64,000 bases of DNA from Chrysomallon squamiferum. Taxonomy: Eukaryota > Animalia > Mollusca. The notes under the pieces are model-generated. The model saw only the letters and a program-made list of their open reading frames with translations. It was not told the DNA's origin and made no database searches. How positions within the stretch are numbered: position 1 is the first letter of the stretch; each line of letters begins with the position of its first letter. Made by a program: the position numbers and the translations under genes. Where the stretch lies: positions 2,728,001 through 2,792,000 of the forward strand of contig CM022668.1 of assembly GCA_012295275.1 (NCBI GenBank). Reading direction: 5' to 3'. Shown piece by piece: positions 40,575-64,000 of this stretch.

Positions 40575-40639
<65 letters not shown>

Positions 40640-40885
40640 TAGGACTGGGCTGTACTATCTTTCGAAAAGTCCAACCATAAGAAATATGTCATTAACATAC
40701 GAGGACAGAATAGAATGCAATATATTCCACGTCAGTTAACTGTAATAAATATTATTTTTAATTATGCAGGTATCTACAACAAAATAATGATTATTATATT
40801 TGCATGTATTGTTTAATGTGTAAACAAAAATAATAATAAACAAAATAAATCAAAAAATATAAAATATATATATATATATATTATT

Positions 40886-40924
<39 letters not shown>

Positions 40925-41022
40925 TTTGATTTTACTTTGTTTATATTTATTTATTTATTTATTTTTGTTTAGTTTGCTACATAAGAATGAACGGACTAAT
41001 GGGCCGAAGAAGTCTAAACAAA

Positions 41023-41053
<31 letters not shown>

Positions 41054-41699
41054 GTTTCGTTTATCATGACACTTAATGTCCTCACGTTTTCAGATTCTGT
41101 GAATGCAGAATATTTACATATTCATGACATGTCAAAATGACCAGTTCTACTGGAAAATACTTTGAATATGCGCAGTTCTAGTGGAAAATACTTTGAATAT
41201 GCGCAAGAGTTCCCAAAATGGAAATTGGAGAAAGCTGTGCAGTGGATCAAAGTAGAAAAAAAACTTTAAATTCCCGAGACTAGAAAAATGGCAGAGTCAT
41301 CTTGTACAGTAGTAGCAGGAAACTCGTCTGCTGCTGCTGTTGTTGTTGTTGGGGTTTCTACATCCAACATCACCATCCTGACTGACGTAACACAGTCAAA
41401 TTGTGAAGATAAATTAAACCAGATTGTTTTACACTGAGAAAACAAATCAACAGAATATTAAATCTTACAGAATTATTTGGAATCTAAGAATCGTCTGCCG
41501 GTCAGCCAGGTCCAAGCAAATTTTTGTTATGGAAAAAAACCACCAAGACACACAGAAAGGATTCTTTGTTCAGGAAGATATGTATATTCACTGCAGCATC
41601 ATGTCTCTTGCTGGGCTGTATGGAAGATGGGGAGGAGCTGTGGTTGATTAAATACTCAGTCTGTATTATTGATAAAAACAAAAAGACAAACTTAACTTC

Positions 41700-42325
41700 T
41701 GATGGGAGTCTGAAAAGAGTCCACACCGAAGTTTCAGACTTTTCGTCTTCGGACGAAGTTCATGACAAACGGTGTAAAGATATCCAAGGTCATGTTCTGA
41801 TCAAGGTTTCACTGGTTCTTCCAATGACGGAGCCGTGAGCAAATTTGATACAAAAAGGACTCGAGCCCAGACATGTTAAAAAAATAAGGAATGGTTCTTA
41901 TGTTGTCGAGTGTTCAATTGAAAAGCATCACAGATGCCTTCTTTAATCTACTGTGTTACACAGTTAGTACACATACCTCACTTAGCTCGTGCACGTGACT
42001 GATTAGGTCAAGTGAGTGATCAGGTCAAGTGAGTGATCAGGTCAAGTGAGTGATTAGATTGTGAAGATGAAATCTGTGAAAATCTCTTTTCTCAAGGGTA
42101 TCATTTTCAAGCGGGTCAGTTTTCGTTGAACAATGACTTAGTTTCAACGAACACGTAGATCCTCACTTTCAGCAGGCTGTCCCTTCTCGAGTCTGTTGAG
42201 GCTGGGTGTTTGAATGTACCTGTTGTGTCTCACGTTCCAAAACCTGTGCAATCTTATAAACGTCAGAAGTTTTAGCACGGACAAAATGCATGCAGTGACA
42301 CGTGCTCTTTGTGGCCAGTTTGATC
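41700..42325 (+). mobile_element. Degenerate non-LTR retrotransposon ORF1 (gag-like, CCHC zinc-knuckle type; I/Nimb-like) fragment
   Basis: Across stops and frameshifts it reads LIQKGLEPRHVKKIRNGSYVVECS...LL, HTSLSS, EDEICENLFSQG, STNT*ILTFSRLSLLESVEAGCLNVPVVSHVPKPVQSYKRQKF*HGQNAC. This follows the ORF1 pattern VKKLRSGxLLVE...HxSLNS...LILTF...AGY...YIPNPLRCFKCQxFGH; no RT seen. Confidence 0.8.
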
Positions 42326-42429
42326 ATTTGCTGTTTTATTTTTATTTTTATACCTTTTTATTGTTATCATCATCATCATCATCATTATTATTATTGTTAT
42401 TATAGTTGTTTTCAATATTTTATTTTAAT

Positions 42430-42481
<52 letters not shown>

Positions 42482-43212
42482 TCTGACTAAGTAATTACAA
42501 ACGTACATGGAACTGCGACAGTATAAAACAGAACTAAAGAAACTTGTCACATCTTTTAATATGTTAAAATTTAATATTTTAACATGTTAACATTTATAAT
42601 AAGGTAATTGTTATTACTGTTATTGTTTTCAATTGTCGTGATGGTTGTTGTTGTCTTCTTTTGTTAATCCCAGCCACAAACACATTATTAAAGCATCAGA
42701 TTTAGTAACACAAACAAGTGCTCTAAAAATTTAATAATTTTATAACATTATTTTAACACGTACAACCAAACAGCCAGTTTCAAATAATTTCTATTTGTAG
42801 TGTCAGCAAAGAAAAAATCTTTTATGCTGTCATTTTCTTGAATTATTATTTCCTTCTTAAATAAAAATTGTTTTAGATTTGCCCTTTGGCAGTCTGTTAC
42901 TTTGATAAAAGCAATCTTGCATTATAAGAAATATTTTCTGTGCGCTGATGATAATAAAAAACAATTTAAAACAATGACAGAAGAATTTTACCTGTAAAAA
43001 ATGGAACGATAGAAATCCAGTGAAGTAAGTTATTCGAGCTTGCATAGTTCAGAAGGCGATTTTTAAAATTATTATTACCCTAATTATTACTCTTAATCTG
43101 AACAGATCATCATAAATGAAAATAACATTGGTTTCCACAAAATGATTGTTTGCAGTATTAAGTAGTGATAAAACGACTTTTTCTTATTTATTTATTTATT
43201 TATTTTTTTTAC

Positions 43213-43279
<67 letters not shown>

Positions 43280-43340
43280 GTTATATTAAATAAGTTGTAA
43301 CGTGAGGGATATTTATTACATGTAAGAGGGGACATTTGAC

Positions 43341-43480
43341 TGATGTTTTAAGAATACACTAAACGATGTTTTAAGAATACACTAAACGATGTTTTAAGAA
43401 TACACTAAACGATGTTTTAAGAATACACTAAATGATGTTTTAAGAATACACTAAATGATGTTTTGAGAATACACGATGTT
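43341..43480. repeat. 23-bp tandem repeat (GATGTTTTAAGAATACACTAAAC) x5-6
   Basis: Direct inspection. Confidence 0.9.
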
Positions 43481-43705
43481 TCTTGTGTTAAATTCCATTA
43501 CGCACGATGCTGACTCGACAACTCGACACAAAATCAAAAATACTCTGCAGCTGCTGTCTCGGTTTATTTAGTCACAGAAAATAATTAAAACTGCAAAGAA
43601 TCCAACATTTGTGTCTTACAAAGTTTCGAAGGAATTTTTACAAGTGACATGACACGTATCAGAACAAAAGACATTGTTTAAAAATGAATAGATGAAATAA
43701 GAAAA

Positions 43706-43736
<31 letters not shown>

Positions 43737-44380
43737 AACAGTAAATAAATAAAGAAACAAACAAAGAAATAAACAAATAAATAAATAAAACAGTAAATAA
43801 ACAAACAAATAAAAACATAAATAATTAAATAAATAAATAAATAAATACTAGTATTATAAAATGCATCAAAAATAAATAATAATACCAGCTTCATATCACT
43901 GAGGAATAAAAAGTCAATACAACAACAACATCATCATCATCATCAACAACCTCATCATTACTAGTATAAGAACTGTTTTATTTGTTATTGCCGTATCACC
44001 ATCAACGATCTCATAAAATCTCACAGCAAGCGAGACTTTGCGAGATCAAACCACCAAACCGACATTAAATCTGGATGACTCACTGCAGAAGTGAGTTTTG
44101 AAACGACATGCTGTGTTTGATGAACAACCTGGCAGCTTTGTTAATTCCCAGACGCTTCAGTCTATTTAGGAAACTAACAGGCTGGCAATAAATGTTAAGT
44201 TTAAAGTGTGAGCGTGTCACAAGTTTTGTCAGCATACGTCTTTTTTTTCTTTCTTTCTTTCTTTTTCTTTTTCTTTTTATTCTATTTTTATTTTTGATAT
44301 AACAGTAGTACAGAGGACGATTCAAAAACTTCAGACGAAAGAAAGGTTTGCATATAACTTTTACACAGATATGAAGTTTA

Positions 44381-44436
<56 letters not shown>

Positions 44437-44830
44437 ATTATTATTATTTTAATAGTTTTTAACTATCGTTAGTCTGAATGTTAATAAACAAGACAACGGA
44501 TTCATATATATATATATATATATATATTGTATTGTTGCTAACGTTTTTTTGCTAATTTTCGTTATTGCTTTAATTATTAAGTGTTATTTTGTCGCTTTTT
44601 GTTATTAAAAATCCCTTTAACTAAAGCACAAATCCCCGTAAACACCTCACCCCTCCCCCAAAAATAAATAAAAATAAAACAATAACAAAATCGGCAATAA
44701 TAATAATAATAATAAATAACTTAATTAATTAATAAAAATACTTAAACCTGTTATACGAACGCACAGAAAAGCGCGAAAAGAAAAATGTCAAAAAACATTG
44801 GTTAAAAAAAAAAACAATATAAAACAAAAC

Positions 44831-44893
<63 letters not shown>

Positions 44894-46494
44894 AATAAAT
44901 AAATAAATAAAATGATGAAAAACGAATAGAAATGGTTTGTCTGTGTTCACGAGTTGTCGTTCCTGGCAACAGTTAATGTAAACCTCTACAGTAACGGCGA
45001 TTTGAGAAATTTGAAATTACTGAAGGAATATTTCATTTAATATCTCATAAACCCAACAAAAATATAAACTGATCCTTTGAAAACAAAGGAAACATTAATA
45101 AATAAATAAATAAATAAATAAATAAATATACTTTATAAACGTGTGTGTATGTGCATGTATATATCTATATATCTGTCGGCCTGTCTTTCTCTTTGTCTGT
45201 CTGTCTCTCTGTCTGTCTGTCTATACATGTGTATATAAACCAGATATGGAGTGAAGTGACTATAGAACATTGATCTGAAGTCACTGACTTTTGTTATGTC
45301 AACGTTTGAGTTGTTAGATTTGTATAAAAAGTTGTAATCTTTAAATATCTTCAGAGTCATTGTTCACAGAATACAAGTAGACATATTGCAGACATGAGGA
45401 TCAAAAAGACAGAGATAAACAGACGTTCTGGATAATCTAACAGAGTATTTGACACAACACAGGCGAAACACAAATCTTAGTATACGAAGTTCTATTTGAT
45501 TTCAAACTGACAGTAAAGTTTAATGCAGAAACAGTATGAGTGTATTTGAAATCACACAAATATTTCAGTTCACGGTTACACTGAATGGCATGTTTTCCAC
45601 TGTATTTTTAAATTCCAGACATTAAAATGCAATTCCATCTCAATGCCGTTTTCTTCGCTAAAAAAGTATTAGTTAAACATCAAACTATTGAGCATTAAAG
45701 TTGCAGATTTATTATTATTATTATTATTACTATTACTATTATTATTATTGTTAGTATTATTGTTGTTGTAGTTATTATTGTTGTTATTGTTGTAATTATT
45801 GTTATTATTATTATTATTATTATTATTGTTATTATTATTATTGTTATTATTATTATTACAAATATAAAAATATGAAATATAATGTTTTCTTGCTAGATAA
45901 ATGTTTTTCTGAAACTATACGTAGACTTTCAGGGGTAACATAATTGTTATCAGTGAAACTTGTAGACAGAATTAGAACTGTTATTTAAAACTAGCACTAG
46001 TTTCGATTATTTATTATTTATTTCTATTAGAAGTAGTAATATTTTATTTATTTATTTATTCATTATTTATTTATTTATTTATTTTTTATTTATTTATTTA
46101 TTTATTTATTTATTTTATTTTATTTATATATTTTATTTTATTTTATTAATTTAATTTATTTATATTATTTTATTTTGTTTTATTTTATTTTATTTTATTT
46201 TTTTTTTTTCTTTCTGAAATCTTCTTATTATTGCACAACCTTACTGTCTTGTTCTTGTTGTACTCTGTAAGCTGTCTGAAACTAAGATAATTCTAGAAGG
46301 AAATAAACAAGCCTCTTATAGTTTATTACTGTTTGTACACAGGTGGTGCACTTTATGCATAGGCTCATAAAAAAAAAATAAACTCTAATCTGAAACAGCT
46401 AGAGAAATTCAGTTTGGTATTTGTATAATTATTCTACAATTTATCGTTTAATAAAATTTCTGTTCCTTTGTGAATATCATTAACTTCTTTCTTT

Positions 46495-46550
<56 letters not shown>

Positions 46551-47004
46551 GTCGCTTTGTTTCTTTGTCGTTTGTTGTTTTTTTTTTTCTTTTTTTATTA
46601 TTTCTTTCGCTTTATGTGTTTTTCTCTTTTTTTGCTGTTGTCGTGTTTCTTTAGCTTTTTTTTTTTTTTTTTTTTGAATGCTTGATTAATACATTGGATT
46701 GTAGACTTTCTTCTAAAATATATTCTGTATAAATATATTATGTGTGTGTGTAATTGTGTGCGTGTGCGTGTGTGTGTGTGTGTGAGTTGTGAACAGATAT
46801 ATATATATATGTGTATGTGTGTGTGTGTTTATATATATATATATATTAATGCATTTATGTGTTTGTGGTAGTTGATAAAGATATAATATAAATACAGTTA
46901 TACGTATATGCATGTGATTTTGAATGGAAGAGAAAGGAATTCAAGTAAATATACGTGTGTGTGTGTGTGTGTGTTTTTGTATGTATGTGTGTGTGTGTTG
47001 TATG

Positions 47005-47068
<64 letters not shown>

Positions 47069-47410
47069 TATGACATTTCTATTTTTTGTTGTTTAATGTT
47101 CACGCGACTCCAGCCTTCAGGCTGTGGCAGTAAATAACAAATCCCTCAACATTTGACGATGTCGTCGCAGGACAATGTCACAGTTGTTGTAATCGTCGTC
47201 ACTGCAGCAGTGCAGCCAACCACGGTCGTTTATCACGTCGTGCTTACACAGACGGACCAGGCTTCTCTCCATCCAGCGGCAGTTGTCTGGCAGTGAAATG
47301 TACAAAGTCTCGCCTCGCGCCTCTCTCGGCAGACGAGAAGCGAGTTCGTCCGCAGACGATGTCGTGGATGCCGCACCGTCAGATAGCCAGCCTGTCTGAC
47401 AGAGCAGACC

Positions 47411-47420
47411 GCGCATGCGC
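47411..47420. promoter_or_regulatory. Perfect NRF-1-type palindrome GCGCATGCGC in a GC/CpG-rich island (47100-47450)
   Basis: Motif match only; a related ACTGCGCATGCTCAGT lies at ~50354. Confidence 0.3.
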
Positions 47421-48407
47421 CGCACGCAATTTACGTATATTTTCATAGCGAATTTGATTTGTTGTTGTTGTTGTGTTTTCGTAAAAACTGGCAATGACTT
47501 GGAAACGTTTTTGGATCTGTTTTTTACTGTTTTTCGAAAGAACTCGATCAGCCGTGTTTCCAACAGGTCAGTTTTGACTTTTAGTTTCACGAATTTATTG
47601 TGATTTTTTTTCCGAGTAAAAAAAAAGAAGTAATTAACGGGTACTGAGTTAAGAATTTCAATCTTAGCATTAAAATGTTGTGTTTTATGAATGAACTAGA
47701 TTTTTGATTTGTTGAAATGATTATATGTTTATTATTATTTTCCTTTAAATGTGTGGGTTTTTTTTAATTATTTTATAATCTGAATTCTTTAGTAAATGAT
47801 TTTTTCAAAAGTTTTTTGAACAGATCACGTTTGCGCATAATTATTTACAATGACGAAATCAGTCAAACGTACAGATTTTCGAACTCAACTACAATACTAA
47901 TTACTAAATGTTTTTGTAACTTAAAAACACATGTATCAGTTAAGGTTGAAGCTTGCCTGTTATGGGCCCGGTTTCTGACATGTTCTACTCATGACAGGAA
48001 AGTTTTAAAATAAAACAGAAACAATTACGAAGTTCACGCACGTCAGTCTAGGACAAGTCACAGTCAGCTAATCCGACTGTGACAGAAATCTGAACACTTG
48101 AACTTTATTCTTCACTGTGTGGTTTGGCTTCCTACACGTTTTTTTCTTGTTCTCTTTTTTTTTTTTTTTTTTGTGGGTTTTGTGGGATTTTTTTTTTTTT
48201 TTTTGGTGTTTTTGACTTTTTGTTGGTTTTTAACAAAATATGGAGGTTGTCCTATTGTACAGCAGACGATTTGTTTTTATATTTTTTATTATTATTACTA
48301 GTAGTATTTATTTATTTTTTTATTTTTTTATTTTTTATATCATTATTATGATTATTATTATTATTATTATCATTATTATTATTATATTATTATTATTATT
48401 ATTATAA

Positions 48408-48444
<37 letters not shown>

Positions 48445-48451
48445 ATTATTA

Positions 48452-48492
<41 letters not shown>

Positions 48493-49088
48493 GTATTTTG
48501 GTTATTTTATTTTATTTTTGTGAAATATGTTGCTTATGGTATTTTTAAACACAAAATATGACTGTAAAATATGAAGTTTCATTTTCTACATATACATTTT
48601 AAACATGAATTTAGACTCTGATTTGTAATGAAGGGACCCAAATATAGAAGCAGAGGTCTGATTTTATTTCTTTCCTGTTATCTCGATTTCAGTGGTTTTT
48701 AACTTTTGTAAACATTGCATCATTTCTGCTTCGTAAACAGCTGATTCTAAAACCAAACGAGGTGTCGTGTTATTCCGATTTGTACGTATGACGGTATAAA
48801 ACAGGTTTTGTTAATTTTGCCAGGCTTATACCCAAACTGACACGCACACGCATATCTGAAAATACGACACACGGTTGTACACGGGGGTTTTATTGGTCAA
48901 TGTTACTCGCAGAGACAGGGAAAAAACACACGTACACACCTATACCATACAGACAAACAATCACACAGACACGCACAAATACAGAGACACACACACAGAC
49001 ATACAGGCATACAGACGGTTCAGATGAGATGGTTCTTATGTTAATATGCCACACCACACAGACACACATATACTATACCTATATACAT

Positions 49089-49148
<60 letters not shown>

Positions 49149-49807
49149 CATACATACATATACACACACACACATATACATACATACGAACATACATACG
49201 CGGGACAGACCCGTAACGCTAATGTCTCCAGACATGTGTGTGTATATATGAGTCACGTTTACATGTCACTAGTGACAGTTCACTTTACGAGACTACTTCT
49301 TTATCGCAGTGAGTGAGAAACACGAAATACATCTTAACATGTCATGTACTTTCTCCTTGCAGTCACCTCGTTTATTTCAGTCCCAACATTCCGTCCACTG
49401 GTCCAGTCTCTACTGCACCAGTTCAACCTAATACTTGTATTTAGATATCCTCATCTTAAACATCCTCACAGATATACACACACAGACACACACACACACA
49501 CATATATATACACATACACACATACACACAAAACACACTCACATATACACGTATGTACAAACACACACGCATATATACACATACACACAAAACACACACA
49601 CATATACACATATACACACACATATATATATACACACATACAAAACAAACACACACACGTACTCATACACGCATAGACACATACACACACAAACACAAAA
49701 CAAACGAACGCGTACACATAAACATACATGTATATATATACACATAAACACACAAACGCATTTTCAGACATACCCACATACAAACACATATATTCAAACA
49801 TACATAT

Positions 49808-49854
<47 letters not shown>

Positions 49855-50711
49855 CGTTGTTTTCAATAATTTATATTAGTCCTCTATTTAAGTTTTTGCA
49901 GTAGTTTAAGTTATTGATATGGTTTGATACTATGATACAGTAAGTATTGTATACCCTAATGTATAAACACTACGATATTGTTTTACACTTTATGGTACAG
50001 GGCAAAATGTATACTAAACTATATTAAGATATGGTTCACTGCACTTTAAAACGTATCATAAAATACTGTATCATACTTCAGTAGTGTACTCCTCAGTTAT
50101 GGTACCATTTCAAATATTTAGTATTATACATATTATACATACTGTAACGTATATATACTATACTCCATAGTGTAATCTTGTAACAAGGTGTCATATAATA
50201 CTGTGTTGTATTACATAGCATAGTGAAATATCATAACTATAATATATATAAACTGAACTACATCTTTCAACATAAATATATTGCTGTGGTTTTTTTTGTT
50301 TGCATGTTTATTTTATGACTGCATTCAGTTTATTCTGTATTCACAACATGGGAACTGCGCATGCTCAGTCTGTCTCTCGCTGCATGGACAAAAGAGTGGA
50401 GTACTGCCCGAGGCTTACGTCTGTCTGTCTGTCCGTCTTTGAGTATGACAGATGTGTGACGTACCCGCTAACTGCATGTTGTAGCTGATCTCGGTTAATC
50501 CCACTGACGAAAACCAAATAGAAAGTCGACTTATCCTGTGTTATTTTTAACTTTTTTACTCACCTAGAAACAGATTAACATAAGTGTGAATTACATACAT
50601 GCATTCGTACATGCATAAACACATACAGACATACATACACACATATATACATAGAAACATAGATACATAGATACATACATACATACATACATACATACAT
50701 ACATACATACA

Positions 50712-50745
<34 letters not shown>

Positions 50746-51378
50746 CATATATACATACATACATATATAAAACGTATATACATATATAGCTATTTCTATC
50801 TATCTGTATGTCTCTCTCTGTCTATATCTGTAATCTCTCTCTCTCTCTCTCTCTCTAATTTATAAAGCTTATTTACAGACATGTTTAAAATGTATAGATC
50901 TGTATAAATAACGTTATTTTTGTCATTGTATTATGAAACGTACATCGATGTAGAAATAGATATATTGTAGTGTCTAGGAATAATATACGTAAACAACATA
51001 AATTAACGTTGTAAAACGTCAAGCATTTCGTTGTCTGCATGATAATGATGTGATGTTTACTATGTGGCTGTACTTGTATATGTAGACACACAAGCAGAAA
51101 CAAATTTGTCTGTACATATTTATGTTCTTGCTATGAACATGCCTTTATGTAGATAAACATATACGTTTATACATACGTAAGTATGTGCATATAAACATAC
51201 ATACAAACATAAATACATAGATGCATATTTATAAATACACTTATGTACATACACACATACATACACAGATACATACACACATACATACATCATAATACAT
51301 ACATACAGAGATATATACCGTGATTTTGATACAACGATTAATTTGTATGTGCTAATATGAATCTGTTTCTGTTTCTGA

Positions 51379-51409
<31 letters not shown>

Positions 51410-51539
51410 TACACATATATAAAACTAATACATACACCCACACATGTATATATAAACAAATACATACACCACACACACTACACACACACACACACACATA
51501 ATAAACAAATACATACACATATATACACATACATAAGAC

Positions 51540-51619
<80 letters not shown>

Positions 51620-52163
51620 ACACACACACACATATACAACTACATACATTAACACACAAGAACGTTCCTTTGATGTACTTTAATGACATTTTTGTTCCCG
51701 TACACTAGTATTTTGTATTATTACTGTTTTAGTAATTTAAACTACTGGAATTCCTCGTATATTTTCACGCTATTACTATTTTATAACTCGACAGTAAACA
51801 ACTTAATAACAACCATTATTTTCAATTACTTTTCTAACAACATAAAAATAACCGTTACTTAACAATTTGATTGTGGATATGTGTCGAACCAAAAAAAAAA
51901 CACGTAATTTGCAGCAAACTCGCATGAAACGAAAATTACGTGAAAAACTGAAGTCTGGATTTGATCCCGAAACCGTAGGGTCTATGACTGTGTCACATAT
52001 ACGTAGTCTAAAATAGAACTGTTATACGTTTTAAAATAGCATATAGCTTTTTTTTTTTTTTTTGCTTTAGAACTACATTTATATGTTGTTGTTAGTATTA
52101 TTATTGTTATTGTAGTTGTTGTTGTTGTTGTTGATGATGTTGCCGTTCTTATTCTTGTTCTTC

Positions 52164-52195
<32 letters not shown>

Positions 52196-53661
52196 TATTT
52201 ATTATTATTATTGCTATAGTTGTTTGTTTAAATTCATAAAAGAATATCATGCATTTTTCTATAATGCATGATTGTACTACATTGATGATCAAATGATTAC
52301 AAAAATGTCAATTTTAAAACATCCTTTTATAGGGCACAATTCGTGACCCAGTTAATTTTCTTTCATAAATTACGTCGCTGACAGAGGTCACTATGGAGAC
52401 TGGTAACTAGGTAACCCTGACAGCCGGGTCATCATCAATTACTTGTGACAATTTACACTTAGCAATCGTCATCTGCAGCATCGTCTGTTTGATTTATGCT
52501 AAGGCCGCGTTCACACGAGTTGACTTGCATGACCAGTGAACTGAACTGAATCCGTGTAAATGATTTGCTGCATTCTATTTCTTAAAGCATCGTTCACACC
52601 ACTTGACTTGCAAGACCAGCCTGTTTCTTAAAGTTGCGTTCATACGTTCTATGTACGAAAAGCATCTTAGATATTTCCCAGTATATTTAGGATTAGAAAA
52701 CACGAGATAAATGGTAAAAGTACACTTCTTTTAACATAATAAATAAAAGCTATGAGAACTGTTGCTCCAGTTCTGTTACTACTACCACGACTGACTGTTG
52801 CTGCTGCTGTTGTTACTCTTCAGTCTGTACTACTACGTTTACTACAAATAAAATAACAAAAATAACAATAACGATGTTTGTGTGTGTATAAACGTGATAT
52901 AGGGAGAATAGTTTTGTGTCTGCATGTTTATGTGTTTCTTAGGTTTGTAGTTTGTGTTACAATTTTCTCAGATTTTTTTCTCTCTGTCTCTTTGTGAGTT
53001 CATTTCCAGCTTAACAACACAGAGTAAACAAAAATATTGTTTCTCTCGGCAAATTTCCAAGCAAGAGTCATTGGTACCAACAGTCTTTATTACGTAAACG
53101 CAACTTATGACGTATTAACTGTATTTACAATAAGACTGTCGATGTAGTCAAGTTTACCACGCAACTGATATTGTTTTAACGTTTACCATGCAACCATAAA
53201 TCTTAAGTTACGATACTGTTTACGTTTTCTCCGCTGTTGTTTATTTAGAAGGTGTTTTTTTCAAGGCTTTGTTCAGTATCTTCATCTTGCAAAATAAATC
53301 GTTTCTTTTTGTTTACTTATTTTTTCTTCTTGTCTATTTCCAAGCTAACTGTGCTTTATTGCTGAAGTAGGTTATTTCTACATGAAAGATAATGTTACTT
53401 CTACTGCTGTGAACAGTGTACCATTACGATCATTATTATTACTACTACTACCTTTACTAATACTATTATTATTTTCTTGTTGCTATCGTTATTTCAACTA
53501 CCACTATGTTAACTACTCCTACATTTATTATTGCTGCTACAACTACTGCTACTGCTATTATTATTATCATTATTATTATTATTACTGTCATGGTATTATT
53601 ACAACAGTATTATCTTAACAACAAATAGTAACAATACGAGCAACAACAACAAAAACAAAAC

Positions 53662-53709
<48 letters not shown>

Positions 53710-53762
53710 TCACAGATTTGTCTTTTGATTTATTTATTTATTTATTTATTTATTTATTTCAG

Positions 53763-63964
<10,202 letters not shown>

Positions 63965-64000
63965 GTGAGTTATTTACAGTAGTAGTAGTCGTAGTAGTAG

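Noticed and set aside
49344-49440. MYFLLAVTSFIS... as the protease signal-peptide exon
   Set aside because: No credible phase-1 donor to join exon 53763; frame runs into CA repeats.
48900-51655. H/T/Y/V/C-rich ORFs
   Set aside because: (CA)n/(TACA)n low-complexity sequence.
52500-52650. Repeated TAAGGCCGCGTTCACAC-like segments as a MITE
   Set aside because: Only degenerate direct copies; no inverted partner or target-site duplication found.

Overview
AT-rich, microsatellite-dense eukaryotic genomic DNA from an intron-rich invertebrate (a mollusc/gastropod is my inference from gene content and repeat style). Almost all ORFs in the supplied track are simple-repeat artefacts, so I rebuilt the genes by hand from GT-AG sites with phase checking. 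Three spliced genes emerge. (1) The 3' ~1,270 codons (18 exons, + strand, 2356-28409) of a tensin, running from the post-C2 motifs through a long disordered region to the SH2 and PTB domains. (2) A complete 4-exon Ly6/uPAR three-finger GPI-anchored protein (- strand, 40195-36238, 145 aa, resembling Drosophila coiled). (3) An ADAMTS/MIG-17-like M12B metalloprotease (+ strand, 53763 to past the window end) with tandem one-exon-per-module PLAC-like six-Cys repeats; its catalytic exon is duplicated and scrambled as assembled. A decayed non-LTR retrotransposon ORF1 lies at ~41.7-42.3 kb. The most striking unexplained pattern is that most long tandem repeats sit on exon-intron junctions and copy the splice site itself (about 8 junctions in all 3 genes). 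Two cases have precise predicted protein outcomes: a secreted versus GPI-anchored Ly6 isoform, and a PTB-less/poison tensin isoform. All gene models are manual and lack RNA evidence.
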